Source: Cyanophora paradoxa CCMP329
Lineage: Eukaryota > Plantae > Glaucophyta
Length of the DNA: 64,000 nt
Assembly: GCA_004431415.1 (NCBI GenBank)
Contig: QPMI01000545.1
Location: 62,001-126,000 of the forward strand
Reading direction: 5' to 3'
In this document: one piece after another, positions 33,801-45,635 of the stretch
Layout: each line of letters opens with the position of its first letter
Numbering within the stretch: position 1 is the first letter of the stretch
Translations under genes and position numbers: made by a program
Notes under the pieces: model-generated
Seen by the model: only the letters and a program-made list of their open reading frames with translations
What the model was told of the DNA's origin: nothing
Database searches by the model: none

Positions 33801-34415
33801 ACGGGCTTGTCGTGCTTGTCGTGACGGATCGTCTGCTTGCACCCGCTCGTGAGGTCCGCGCCTGCGCGGGTCGTCACGCGGCGCGCCGGGGCGCAGCGGC
33901 CTCATGGCCCGGCGCGGCCCCGGACCGTAGAGGATGCCCTTGCCGGGCTTGGCGAAGAAGACGAGGTTCCCGTCGTGCGAGGGCGCGATGTGGGAGACGC
34001 GCTCCTTCTTCTTCTGGCCCGTCGCCGCCTTAAACTTCGCCAGATCCTCGGCCTCCCACTGCAGGAACGTCCCGTCCTGCGCGCCGGGCTCGGTGACCGG
34101 ACCGGGGCGCCCGAGGCCGGCGGACCTCGAGTGCTGCGAAGAGCAGGAACGAGCCCGGCAGGAACGCAAGGCAGTCCGCGTTGGCCTCGAGCGGGACCTG
34201 TTGGAGCGTCTGGCCCGTGTTCGCGTCGTACTCTGCGGTGCACATTCATTCATTCGAGCGTAGCTACGGCGTTTCTCGTATCGAGCGGCGCCGCGCGGGG
34301 CACCAATGAGCCGCTTGTCGTTCGTCGAGACGACCAGCTTCGAGCTCCGCGGGCTGAACGCGGCCGTGACGACCGTGGCCGACGGCCGCGCCGTCAGCAC
34401 GGCGTGCACGTTCAT
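27867..34415 (-). CDS. TSET/TPLATE complex WD40 subunit TTRAY2 / TWD40-2-like; many exons
   Basis: Exons TAAFSP..LI|EYDANTG..AALE|DGT, LVFF, KPVRALAASPRAP..AHADGRVR, RDAVFGGNGFALL, RIFATPF, EPVLQ|VEFQ..ALTPRRAL and SALFAGPALL..LGAALPDRVALVAPT follow recalled plant TWD40-2 motifs in order. The low-complexity 3' end (27867-29500) is uncertain. Confidence 0.8.
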
Positions 34416-34594
34416 CGGGCCAGTCCTCCAGCAAGCGAAACCAGACAGGCTGTACCCGGGGTCGCCCAGACAAAAGAAAGCCAGCGCGGCGGCGAGCGTT
34501 TCTTCACAGCTGGCGCAGCACCGGTGGAATCTGCAGCGCTTTGGTCAGCTTCCTTCCACTATTCGACAGCGCCAGCGAGTCCTCGCCGACTCCT

Positions 34595-34758
34595 CGGCAC
34601 CAGGGCCATCGCGGCACCGCAGGTAGCCCCTGCGTTTTGTTCCTGCGCGCCTCATTGTCTCACGTGCGTGCAGTGACGGCACCAGGGCCATCGCGGCACC
34701 GCAGGTAGCCCCTGCGTTTTGTTCCTGCGCGCCTCATTGTCTCACGTGCGTGCAGTGA
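34595..34758 (+). repeat. Exact 82-bp tandem duplication containing a GT-AG intron-like unit, upstream of UBE2W
   Basis: cggcaccagggccatcg...gcag|gtagccc...gtgcag|tga is present twice (34595-34676 and 34677-34758). Confidence 0.9.
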
Positions 34759-34767
34759 CGACGTACG

Positions 34768-35613
34768 ATGGCGGCGGCGCCCGACAGGAGGAATCGCAGG
34801 CTCACGAAAGAACTCCAGGAGTGCGCCCTCGGGCCTGGAGTCGGCGGATTCGACGCTGATCGCTGAACTCGCAGGCTGCAGAAGCACACCGGGGACGCGA
34901 TCAGCGTCGAATCCGCCGACTCTTTCGCTGAATGTGAGTCTGAACGAGGGCGCCGCGCACGGTCACCTGAGCCGGCGCAGGGGTTCTCCGTGTGCGCTGT
35001 AGTCCTGAGACTATATATGCTGGCGAGATCTACCATCTGCGCTTCCGGTCCGTGCGCCCTGGGCCTCGCGCCGCTGCCGGCGTCAACGCGGCCCGCAGCT
35101 TCTCGGACCGCTACCCGATCGAGAGCCCGGAGGTCGTGTTCTTGGAGCCTTCGCCCGTGCACCCTCACATCTACAGCAACGGCCACAGTGCGTCCCGCGC
35201 CCGCCCTTCCCTCCACGCCCTCCGTGCGGCCGAGCGCCGGCGCCCGAGCGCGCCCCGCAGTATGCCTGAACATCCTGGGCAAGGACTGGAGCCCCGCCCT
35301 CTCCGTCGAGTCCGTCTGCATGTCCATCATCTCGTGCGCCGCGCCGCCCCGCCCCGCCCGCGCGGCCCAGTCCCTCCAAGCGCCGCGGCCGCGGCCGACG
35401 CCGGCGCACGCGCGCGCGCGCGCGCAGGATGCTCTCGTCCTGCCGGAAGAAGGAGCGGCCGAAGGGCGACGCGGACTACTCGCGGCGCTACGCCGGAGTC
35501 TCCCCCAAGCAGGCCTCCTTCCTCTTCCACGGTACCCCCTCTCGGATTCGACCCGCCTGCGCCAGGCCCACCAGGCCCCGCTGACCGCCACCCTACCAGA
35601 CGACGACGTCTAG
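34768..35613 (+). CDS. UBE2W: Ubiquitin-conjugating enzyme E2 W; multi-exon
   Basis: RRLTKEL, YAGEIYHLRF, YPIESPEVVF, HPHIYSNGH|ICLNIL..DWSPALSVESVCMSIIS|MLSS..KERP.GD and C-terminal FLFH|DDDV* are typical of UBE2W / plant UBC15-18. Confidence 0.92.
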
Positions 35614-35932
35614 ATCTGGGCGGCCGTCTCGCCTCCGACCCTTGGGGCGCGGCCCCCTGTAGGCAGTCCCTCTCGATCTCCGTCGGGCGTCCTCGAGCTC
35701 CCACTGTATCATAGCTAGATCGAGACTTTAACCCCACGGCGTCACGTACGCGTGCGCGTAATGTACCGGGTACTGTGCCACTCGTACTTGAACCCTACAT
35801 GCACACGCCGCGCCCCCTCGCTCGCCCGCACGCGCATCCCATGCCACTGGTACTTCCGCACAAGTACATATGTACACGGCGCGCCCCCTGCGCCGGCCCG
35901 CCCCGCCGCCCCGCCTCGGCCTCGGCCTCGGC

Positions 35933-38228
35933 CTAGGCTGCGCGCTCGTCGAACTGTATGGCGACGTCGGGGAGGAGGCCGGCGAGGAAAGCCTTGCCCT
36001 TGCCCTCCTCCGCCCGCAGCGGGTCCACCGCGTCCGGCCCCAGCCGCAGCGCCTGGAGGCCCCGCAGGGACGCCACCGCCAGCATGGAGCCCGGCAGCGG
36101 CAGCGGCGAGCGCGTCCAGAAGGAGCGCAGCTTGGGGAGGTCGGCCCCGACCCGCCCAACGAAGCTGCGCGGCGCCAAGTCGACAAAGAAAGGGATGGGC
36201 GGGGAGGGGGAGAAAGCGGACTCGGGGGGGAGCTCCTCAGGGTTCTGGTCGGCGTCGGAGGCGTCGACGACGAGGGTGCGGAGTGCGCCCCAGGGCCGCA
36301 GCGGGTGCGCGGCGAGGGCGGAGAGGGCCGGCGGGCCCATGTTCATCTCCAGCGCCTCCAGGTTCGTCAGGGCGAGCACCGCCGGCGCGAAGAAGGCCGC
36401 CGGCCCGTCGTCCGAGAGCGTGATCGTCAGGCTCCTGCACGGGCGTCAGGGCCGGGCATTCGGAGCGCGCGGCGGCGCTCTGGCGCGCTTGAGGGTCGGG
36501 GCGAGGGTGGAAAGGGGCCGCCAGGCCGCCTCGGTCGCGGGGGCGTCCACCGTCGCCGTCAGGTGCTGGATCGTCAGGCCCTCCAGGAACGCGAGCGAGG
36601 TCACTGCGCAGGCTTTAAGACGAGGCGGCTCTCGGAGGCGGGCGGGCGGGCGGGGGCGGGGGCGCGGGCACGGTTGAAGTAGAGGACGAGGGAGGTGAGG
36701 GAGGAGAGGCGGGAGAGGGGCCGCAGGTCTCCCCCCCCCGCGTTGAGGTACACGTCGTTCACGATCGGGCGCGCCGCCCCCGCCCCCGCCCCCGCCGCCG
36801 CCTCCGCTTCCGGCTGCACGAACCCGATCCGTAGCCGCTCCAGCTTGGGGGGGGGGGGGGGGGGGAAGGGGGGGGTTAGATAGGGGGGGGGAAGCGGCGG
36901 GGGTGGAGGGGGGGTACCAGGGGCAGCTGGGCGACGGCGCTGCAGACCTCCGCGACGAGGCCGTTCTCCTCCGCGTCTGCGGGGGCCGGCGTCATCGAGG
37001 GGAAGGGGGGGGGAGGGAAAAGGGGGGTACGCACGGTCGTCGGCGATGATGGAGAAGGAGATGTTGCGGAGGGAGTCGGCGAGGGACCCCAGCGCCTTCA
37101 GCTGCAGGCGGCGCTCGAGCGAGCGAGCGAGCGCGGGGCCGACGGGCGCGGGCGGGCGGGAGGACCTGGTCGACGCTGATGGGGAGGAGGGAGAGGATGA
37201 GGGTCTTGAGGCCGCGGACGAGGGCGAGCGGCTCCATCGCGCAGCGGACCCACGGGTCGCACAGCGTCATCGCCGCGCTCCGCGTGTACTGCGCGCAGAT
37301 CAAATCAGGTCGGATCAGATCGGATCGGATAAGATCTGATCTGAGGGACCTGGAGGTGGAGGATCTCGAGGCTCTGGAACTCGGAGATGGCGGGGAGGGC
37401 GGCCTTCGACCGCTCCGTCACCTGCCGGTCCTCCCACCTGCTCGGATCAGATCATGTCAGATCGGACCGAATCAGATGAGGTGCGGCGGCCGCGGAGACG
37501 GGTGCGGACAGGACGGTGAGCTCCTTGAGGGTCCCCTTGAAGCCGCGCCGCAGGTGGTGCACGCCGTCCCGCTCAATCTGCGCCTCCCACAGCGCCAGGC
37601 CGCGGATCGAAGCCTTCAGCGAGTCCGGCAGCGCCGCCAGCGCCGCGCAGTCCGCGTCCGTCGGCCGCTGCGGGCGGGCGGCCCCATCGTCGGCTTCGGA
37701 GGGGCGCCGGCCTGCGGCGGGCGAGCGAGAGAGCGCACCCGCAGCGCGATGCGCTCCCAGAGGGATTGAGAGGAGGCGACCTGCCTGAAGTGTCTGCAGA
37801 CCCGCCGGAGCGCCATGAGCGCCCTGAACTCGGGCTCCGGGTCCGCGTCCTCCGGGTCCAGGAGCGCGTGGGCGCAGATCGGGGGCACGCGGCTCCACTC
37901 CCGCATTGTCGCGCGGAGGAAGATCCGGATCAGCAGCTGAACGGAACGTTCAGGACGGCCGGAGCGCTGCGGGGTTGGGCGAGCATGAGCGCCCGCAAGC
38001 GAACGCGCACCTCGTCGGGCAACTGGAGGATGGCCGAGGGCGCTCTATTTGCTGCCTCCGTCGCTGCACACTCCGTCAGAGTGCGGGAAGCGGCCGCGCG
38101 AGAGCGGTGGCCGCACCTGGCGCAGAATTCGCTGCGCTCTCTGCGGGTTCGCTGACCACCGCGCCCGTGCGCTGCCGCTTCCGCGGTCCAGCTCCAGAGC
38201 TATCGCCGATCCCGTGCGACTTCATCAT
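35933..38228 (-). CDS. F-box / leucine-rich-repeat protein; multi-exon
   Basis: NLS-like PRKRQR; F-box ILQLPDE|LLIRIF...LRRVCRHFRQVASSQSLW; LRR segments LKTLILS, LSRLSSLTSLVL, LTNLEALEM, LPKLRSF and LRGLQALRL. Confidence 0.8.
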
Positions 38229-38485
38229 CCTTTGTCGCGCGAATCGATCGTCTGGTCCCGAGCGATTGACGGTGAGCTCCGAGAGTCCCGCTGCTCGTCC
38301 CGCTGCTTGCGCGAGTTCACCGAACGCGCTTTCCGCTCGTTTCGCGCGGTGCGAGAGCGCTTTCCAACTCGAAGCCAATAACTCGAACGCGTACCCCTAG
38401 AGTCGAGCATCTTCAGCTCAGCGCGCTCCACGTAATCCCCTTGGTCACTCAAACGCCCAAGTCCTTGTCTCTCGAAGGGCTATTG

Positions 38486-40545
38486 ATGCGCGCCAAGGCC
38501 GACGACGCGTTCGACTCGCTTCTGGTTGACGACGACGATCAGCACGCAGCGCCGGCTTCGCCTCTCGCAGCCCAGCCGCGGCCCTCGCAGTACGACGACA
38601 CTCAGAACACAGCGGCGGTAGCTCCGTTAGCAGCACAGCAGCGGCCCGTGCAAGGCAGCCCGATGCACTTGGCGCCGCCGGTCGTTCCGGGCCCGTCGGA
38701 CGCCCGCGGGAGTCCTCACGGCAGCCCCCGTTTCGAATCTTCACGCCTGCAGAACCAAACCATCAACAACCGCTATCAAGTAGGGAGAGAGCTCGGGAGA
38801 GGAGCCTTCGGGGTGCGTCAGACAGAAAGTGGGCTTCAGCTTAGCTATGCGCGTTCGGCGAGGAGTCACGGTCGCGAAGTGCGACGAAGAGAAAGTGGGC
38901 TTTCGCGCTGTGGGTTTAGCTAAGCGCGCCGGCCCGCGGGTCGGGAGTGGAGCGCGCTCTCGGCAGCAGATCTAAACCGGCTCTCCCGTCTAGCCGCTTT
39001 CTGATCGCTCTTCATCCGCGCAGTTCGTCTACCGAGCGCGCGATTTGAGAACCAACACAGATGTCGCGCTGAAGGCATTGCAAAAACATTCCGTGCGCAC
39101 ATTCCAGCCGCGCCGCGGCTCTCCCACCGCCTTCCGACGCGCGCGCAGGTCAATAAAGAGGTGCGGAGGCGCATGCGTGAGCTCGCGAAGCGCTCGCGGC
39201 AGGTGTGGGCCCGCCGCCGAGCTGCGAATTGATCCGCCGCTGTCTTTCTCGCCCTGCCCCCGCAGACGTTGAGGCAGGAGATCGCGATTCTGCACCAGGT
39301 AAGAGACAACGAGAACATCGTTCAGATTCTCGACGGTGGGCCGCCCCCGCCCCCGCCTCCCGCTCCGCTCCGCCCCGCGCTGACCTGCCTGCCCGCCCGC
39401 CCGCCCGCCGCGCAGTGCAGTCGGCGGGCGGCCTGATCTGCATCGGTCCGACCCGTCCCGCTCGCCGCGGGGCCTCTAGCCTTCCGCGCGCTCACCGCGC
39501 GCGGCGCCGGCAGTGACGGAGCTGTGCGAGCTGGGTGACCTCAAGTCGTACATGGGGCGCCGGAGGAGCGACGAGCCGCTGGGCGAACCGTTCGCGCGAA
39601 CGGTCGCCCGCCAGCTCGGCAACGCCCTCGAGGTCCTCTACAAGCGCAACCTCTGCCACAGGCCCGCCGGCGCCCGTTCGCCGCCGCCCAGCCCCCCATC
39701 GAAATCGAAACGGCCCCGCAGGGATTTGAAGCCGCACAACATCCTGCTACAGAACGGACCCGAGGGGCTCATCCTCAAGGCGCGGATGCCGTACCCCTCC
39801 CTCACCCCCGCCCTGACCGGTCTGACCCAGCCCGCAGGTCGCCGACTTCGGATTCGCGCGCTACATCGAGAGGTGCGCGTACCCCCCTCGCCTTCCGCCC
39901 CCTTCCCCTGCCCGACTAAAGAAGCCCGAGAATGCCCTCCTAACCGGCCGCGCGGCAGCTTCGGCACATACACGCCCTGCGGGACGATGCAGTACATGGT
40001 GCCCCCCGGCCCCGCCTCCCTCCCTCGTCCCGCGCCGAACCCGTACCCCCCAGGCGCCAGAGGTGCTGGCCGGCGAGCGATACGACATCCGCGCCGATCT
40101 CTGGTGCCCCGCTTCGAAGGGGGTACGGGATTCCCGGCTCGCGCCGACGGCGTACCCCCCGGGGCCAGGTCGGTGGGTATCCTGCTCTTCGAGATCATAT
40201 TCGGGCGGAGGCCGTGGAAGGGGGACCGCCCCGTCCACCGCGACGCCCGGGTACCGTTCCCTTCGCTCGTGCTTCGCATCCCCCCCCGTCCTGAGCCTTA
40301 GGCGGGCAGCTGCGTATCCCGGGCTTCCCGATGGTCTCCGAGGACTGCGTGGACCTTCTGCAGCGCCTCCTCAAGCCCGCCCCCGCCGACCGCATGACGT
40401 ACCCCCAGTTCCTCGTACGCCTCTACCCCCCAACCCCTCCCCCCTTCTCGATCTGAAGGGCGCGCGGGCGCAGCGGCACCCGTTCGTGCGGGCGGACGGC
40501 CTGCTGGGCTTCCTCTCCGTCCTCCCTTACTACCTCGTCCCCTGA
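38486..40545 (+). CDS. ATG1/ULK-like Ser/Thr protein kinase (kinase domain only); multi-exon
   Basis: LGRGAFG, VALK, EIAIL, ENIV, ELCELGDL, H|RDLKPHNILL, K|VADFGFARY, CGTMQYM|APEVL..YD..ADLW|SVG, DCVDLLQRLL..P.DRMTY.QF.HPF. Stop 40543-40545. Confidence 0.88.
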
Positions 40546-41269
40546 GGCCCGCGCGGCGCTGGCCGCCGCCCGCCGGGCTCCGGATCCGGCCCCGCCGTCT
40601 ATCCATCGTACCCCCACCGCTTCTTTGCCCCCCCCCCTCCCCCCCCGTTTTGGCCCACCACCGCCTCCCGGAGTCCTACCGGTACCGCTTCTTTGAAAGT
40701 TTTAAACAGACCCGGCCGCGCCCAGCTAGGCCCAGGTCAGGCCCGGCCCCGGGGTCCGCGATTGCGAGGGCTTTCATCGCGATTCGCGCTCGGGCTGCTG
40801 CTCTGGAGAGTAACGACGAAAGCTCTTTTGATCATCGGCCGCGGGTCATCGGATCTGACAAGTGCAATTTGCAGCTGCCGCGGCCGGTAGGCAGGTTACG
40901 CGTAAGTTGCGGCGTAACGTCGACGTCACGACTCACGACGTGCTCGCGTCGCCTTGCAAGTTGCGATCGAGCTACGAGCTAGCGCTCAAGCCCCGCGGGC
41001 CGCGGCCGGCGCCGCGCCGCAAAATTAAAGCCTCGAGCTCGCTAGTCGGAACTCGGCGCTGGCGAATCGCGATCATCGGCAGCAAGCAAATCCGAGCTCA
41101 AGCCGCAGAGCTCATCAACTTGGCAAGCTCGCTGTCAAGCTCGGTGAGCTCTAGCTCAAGCTGAAGGCAAAGCCAATCAAGCTCAAGCTTATTGCTCAAG
41201 CCACAACATGTAACGGCTTGCATGCATATGCGCCGAACGTTACCGTAGAACACATAAAAACCCCGCGCC

Positions 41270-41504
41270 CACTTAATTACCGCGGTACCAAATTACCGCG
41301 CCGAGAATTTGTTAAAACGCGGTAATTTGGAACCGCGGCCGCGGTAATTACCTGCTGAGACGTCGCCCCATACAGTACCCCCCCAACATTACCGCCCCAT
41401 ACAAGCCTCAAATTTGTAAAACGCGGTAATTTGGTACCGCGGTATTTTGCTCTATCGCGGGCCGGGTTTCAAAACGCGGTAATTTATGCCGCGGTAATTT
41501 AGTG
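41270..41504. mobile_element. Small CACTA-like TIR element (MITE, ~235 bp) with subterminal repeats
   Basis: Left end cacttaattaccgcgg versus reverse complement of right end cactaaattaccgcgg. Motif cgcggtaatt repeated in both orientations. Flanks gcc/ccc are an imperfect 3-bp TSD. Confidence 0.7.
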
Positions 41505-41830
41505 CCCGACGGTCATGCACTTCGGAACTTGCAGGCGAATTCGAATTTCGAACTTCGAAGTTCGAAGGCCCGCGCAGACTAGTACTGCGGCGCAGTACTA
41601 GTGCAGCCTGGCAGGGCCGCGCACTGCGGCAGGCCCGCGCTGCCGCAGTGCAGCCCTGCGGACCTGCGGCAGCTGCGCCAGCCTGCGCGTGCGGCCGCGG
41701 CTGCGCATGCGGCCGCGCGTATATACGTAGCTGTAGCCTGTAGTTCAACTTTCGCGATCGTGACCAGCTGCAGACCAACTGCAGCTGTAAGTACCGGGTG
41801 ACCAGCTGCAGGCTGCAGCCATCGGTATAT

Positions 41831-42649
41831 ATGCCGGGTCGGCGCCGGATTCTTGCCACCACGCTGTTGCTGTGCGCGTTGCTCCTGGGCCTGCTTCTTG
41901 CATACAGCCAGCGGTCCGAGGCCGACGCCAGCACAGTCCACTTTCGACACATTCAGCTCGCCGACGCTTTTCGAGTAGACCCGCTCGCGTGTAAGAACGC
42001 TCGCCGCTACGGGCTGGATGGAGATGGCGGCTGGACTGTGTGCGTGGATTCCTTCGATGCGACGGACCCCACTCTCTCTGTGCTCTCCATCGGCGTTGGA
42101 TGGGACTGGTCGTTCGACCGGCAGATGGGCGCCGAGGGGGCCGACGTCATCTCCCTGGACCACACCGTAACGCTCCCGGAGGTCATCGCCCCGGGAGTGC
42201 GCTTCTTCCGGATGGGGGCGGCTGCGCGGACAGACCTCTTCCGAAGCAGGCCGATGGTCTCCCTCTGCTTCGTCGCCGAGCAGCTGCGGGCGGTGCGCGG
42301 GAGGAGCCTGCGCGTCGTCAAGATCGACTGCGAGGGCTGCGAGTGGGACGTCCTCACGAGCGCGCTGCGCGAGTGCGGGGCCGCGCTCCTCGCCGGCGTG
42401 CGCTCCCTCTCCATCGAGGTCCACATGACCAGGGAGCTCGGCCTCGCCGCTGAGGCCGACGTGGAGCGCGCCCGCGAGGCCCTTGGCCTCCTCCTCGCCT
42501 CCGGCTTCCGCGTCGCCAGCGTGCGCAAGAACCCGATACGCTACGGGTGGAATAGCCTCCACCCCACCGTCCACGAGGAGCTGCGGAGCCAGCTCGCGCT
42601 CCCCCATGGTGGCGCCTCCTGCTGCCTCGAAGTCACTTACGCGCGCTAG
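41831..42649 (+). CDS. METTL24 / FkbM-like (Methyltransf_22) SAM-dependent methyltransferase, type II membrane anchor, intronless
   Basis: N-terminal RRR + hydrophobic anchor; RYG..GDGGWTVC; VLSIGVGWDWSFD; LDHT; VVKIDCEGCEW; LSIEVH. Single uninterrupted ORF. Confidence 0.85.
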   Translation: MPGRRRILATTLLLCALLLGLLLAYSQRSEADASTVHFRHIQLADAFRVDPLACKNARRYGLDGDGGWTVCVDSFDATDPTLSVLSIGVGWDWSFDRQMGAEGADVISLDHTVTLPEVIAPGVRFFRMGAAARTDLFRSRPMVSLCFVAEQLRAVRGRSLRVVKIDCEGCEWDVLTSALRECGAALLAGVRSLSIEVHMTRELGLAAEADVERAREALGLLLASGFRVASVRKNPIRYGWNSLHPTVHEELRSQLALPHGGASCCLEVTYAR

Positions 42650-42906
42650 CTTATTAAACTCAGCCCATGTGAGATATCGCCAAGTCGATCCGTTAACGGA
42701 TCCGGATCCGGAGCTTGGCGCGAGAGCGCTTGATGCCATGCATCTGATGACCGTCGGACGTTCGTGTTCATACGCATGATCATGATCACAGTTTCAGGTT
42801 TCAAGTTTCCTGAGGCATGCATCCCGACGCCTTAAACCCCGCGCTCGATAACACGAGGCGCGTCATGTAGCGGATCGCCTGGTGCTGGACGTTCTGCGCG
42901 GGCAAG

Positions 42907-44733
42907 TCAGCTTCGGACGGGAGCTTCCTCGGACGTCGCGGCGCTCACCGTGATGCCGGTCTCCGACATCTTCCCCGCGATGTGGAATAGTAAGCGCTCG
43001 CTCTCCCGCACCTCCTTGTCGAGCCTTGCGTGAACGTCGTCCACCAGGTCGACGAGCCATCCGCACTGCTCCGCAAAGTAGTACATCTGCTCCGACGACG
43101 TCAGCCGGTGCGCCGCGCCGCGCCGCGCCGCGCGCGCCGCACCTGATTGTACACCGCCTTCGCTGTCAGCACGCCGCTCTTGACGAGGGGCCCGAGGGCG
43201 ACGTGGATGACGGAATCTGGATACTTGAGGGCCCTCCCCTTGCCGACCAGGTCCGCCTCTTTGCCGGACACGAGCTGCTGATACTGAACGTTGTGCAGGA
43301 CCGGGGCGTACTGAACGTAGAGGGCGTGGAGCTTCCCTTCGAACTCCCGCTTCAACACGTTGAGCCCAGCTTGCCGCATCGCGACGTGCTCCCCTCCGAA
43401 GCCGTCGATGTACGCCGCCGTCTTCACGTCTGCGAGTACGCGGGGTGCGTGGTACTGCGATTCCATCTTCTTGAGCTTGAGCACATTCCGATGCGGAAAG
43501 GCAGGGCCGGCGGCGCCGGCGCCGTCGTCTTCGTCGGCGGCGTCGCCGTCTTCGGCGGCGTCGCCGTCGGCGCCGTCGGGGGCGGCGGTGCCGTCGGGGG
43601 CGGCAGCGGCGGCGGAGGTGGAGGCGGACGCGGCGGCAGCGGGGCGGGGGCGGGGCGGGGCCAACTCGAGGCCCGCGCTCGAAGGGAGGATCAAGACCTC
43701 CTCCGGCTGGCGCTCCGCGGTGCGCACGGCGCTCCGGCTGACAGGAGGCGCAGATGGCGGCGACGGCTGCGCTACGGCTGCGGGACGGGGGAAGAGAGGG
43801 ACGGGGGCTTTGGACGGGCCAGCGCGGGGCTGCTGCCCCGGTGGCAGCTTCGGAGCCGGCGGGAGCGAGCCCGGGAGCAGCAGCGGGGCCGGCGGCAGCG
43901 GGCCGGGCGTCTCGGGCGCCAGCGCCCACCGCGCGTCGGCCAGCGGACGCGGCGAGGAGCTGGACGATGGGCTCGGCGGCAGCGGAGGAGGCAGTTGACG
44001 CGGCGAGGAGCTGGACGACGGGCTCGGCGGCAGCGGAGGAGGGGCGAACAGCGGGCTCGCCGGCGTCGGGCTCGCCGGCAGCGGGCTCGGCGTCAGGCTG
44101 AGCACCGGGCTGGGCGACGACGGCAGCGGGAGCGGGGAGGACGTCGACGGGGAGGGCGGCGTCGGCGGGCACGGCGCGGCCTTGCGGGGAACGGGCACGA
44201 AGCAGGGCGCCACCTTCTTCATCTGTGCGTACTCCGCCTCCGCCCGCTCGGCCCGCGCCTCCGCCTTCCGAGCCTCGTCCCGCAGGGAGGCGACCTCCTT
44301 GGCGAGCCCCTGGATCAGGAGCGGCGCGAGCTCGGCCATCCTCTTGCGGGTCATCAGCTTCCTCGGCTTGTTCACTCTGTTGTACTCCTGCGCAGGTCTC
44401 TGAGCGCGAGCGGGGCCGTAGAGGTGCGCGGGCCCTCACCTCCGTGAGCTTGTCGTAGACCGTGATCACGTGCGCAGGGACCTTCGCGAGCTCCTTGTCC
44501 TTCCCCTTCGCGGGCTCTACCGCTCCCTCGAACACTAGGTGCGCATCGTGCGCTCGCTTCATGAAATCATCCATGACCATCGTATCTAACTGGCCGCTGT
44601 ACAGGTCCCTGGCGGAGCTGTTGTCTACCAGCGGCGGGCGAACGGTCGGGAGGCGCGTCTGGACGAGGCGGGGGCCCGAGGCGGCGTCGGCGGGGCTGCT
44701 CGGCGGCTCGGAGGCGGGGCCCGCGGGGCTGTC

Positions 44734-44770
<37 letters not shown>

Positions 44771-45449
44771 TGGAGCTGCGCGAGCGGCGCGCGGCCGTCC
44801 GGGAGCGCCTTCCGGGCTACGCGCAGCTCGTCTCCCTCGAGCATGCTAGCTCGGCGCCGCCGCTTAGCAGCTGGGCTGCTGCTGTTGGGGCTGTTGTTCT
44901 CTGTATTGGACTCGCCTGCACTTTCAAATCCTGCGCGAGGGTCGCTCCCGGGGCGCGAGAAGCGGTCCGGGAACTCGCCTTGCATAGCCTGATCGGGAAC
45001 TGCGGCGTGGGAGCCGAAAAAAGCGCAGGAACTTGAGTCGTCTCCGCCTGCACGAGAGCGGCGGATCAAATCTCAACTTTCGCCGCGGCGGCGGCGCGAG
45101 GGCCGCCCAGGACGCTAGCTTTCGCTTAGAAACGTTAGCTGCAGTCGCTGCGGCCGCTCGGCGGGCGGCTAGCTGCCCGGGGCTCGAAGTTCCGTTGTGC
45201 AGGGAGAGCGGTCCGAGCCAAACGAGCGATTCCGGCCGGCGCGAACACGCGCACTAGATGCGCATACGAACCTTCTTCGCTTTCGCTCCGGCCGGACTCG
45301 CCGGAATCGCTCTTTCTGGAAGCTGCAGATGCCAGCCAGCCGACCTTGTTCTTTTCGCTTCGCCACTTCGCCTGCTTGCCTCCGCCACGCTTCTTAGGGT
45401 CCTTCTGCGGCTTCTCGCCCGCCTGGGGCGCCGCGCGCTCGCCGGGCAT
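42907..45449 (-). CDS. Hypothetical protein (coiled coil + Pro/Ser linker + globular C-terminal domain); few introns
   Basis: Long exons with natural composition, joined by GT-AG introns at ~44438-44392 and ~43143-43088. Basic NLS-like stretches. Start is ATG 45449 or 44985. Confidence 0.65.
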
Positions 45450-45635
45450 CGTGCTCGCCGCCGCAGCTGTTCTACCCCCCAAGACCCGGGTTCGGTTCCG
45501 GGGAGGCGACTTTCGGCTCATCTGAGCCTGAGCTCATTTTTTCAGGACAAGCTCGTATATACATCCCCTACCTAACTGCAAAGTTTCGGGTCGAAACTCG
45601 CATCCGGCGCAAATCCGATATGTTTTGGCCCCTTA

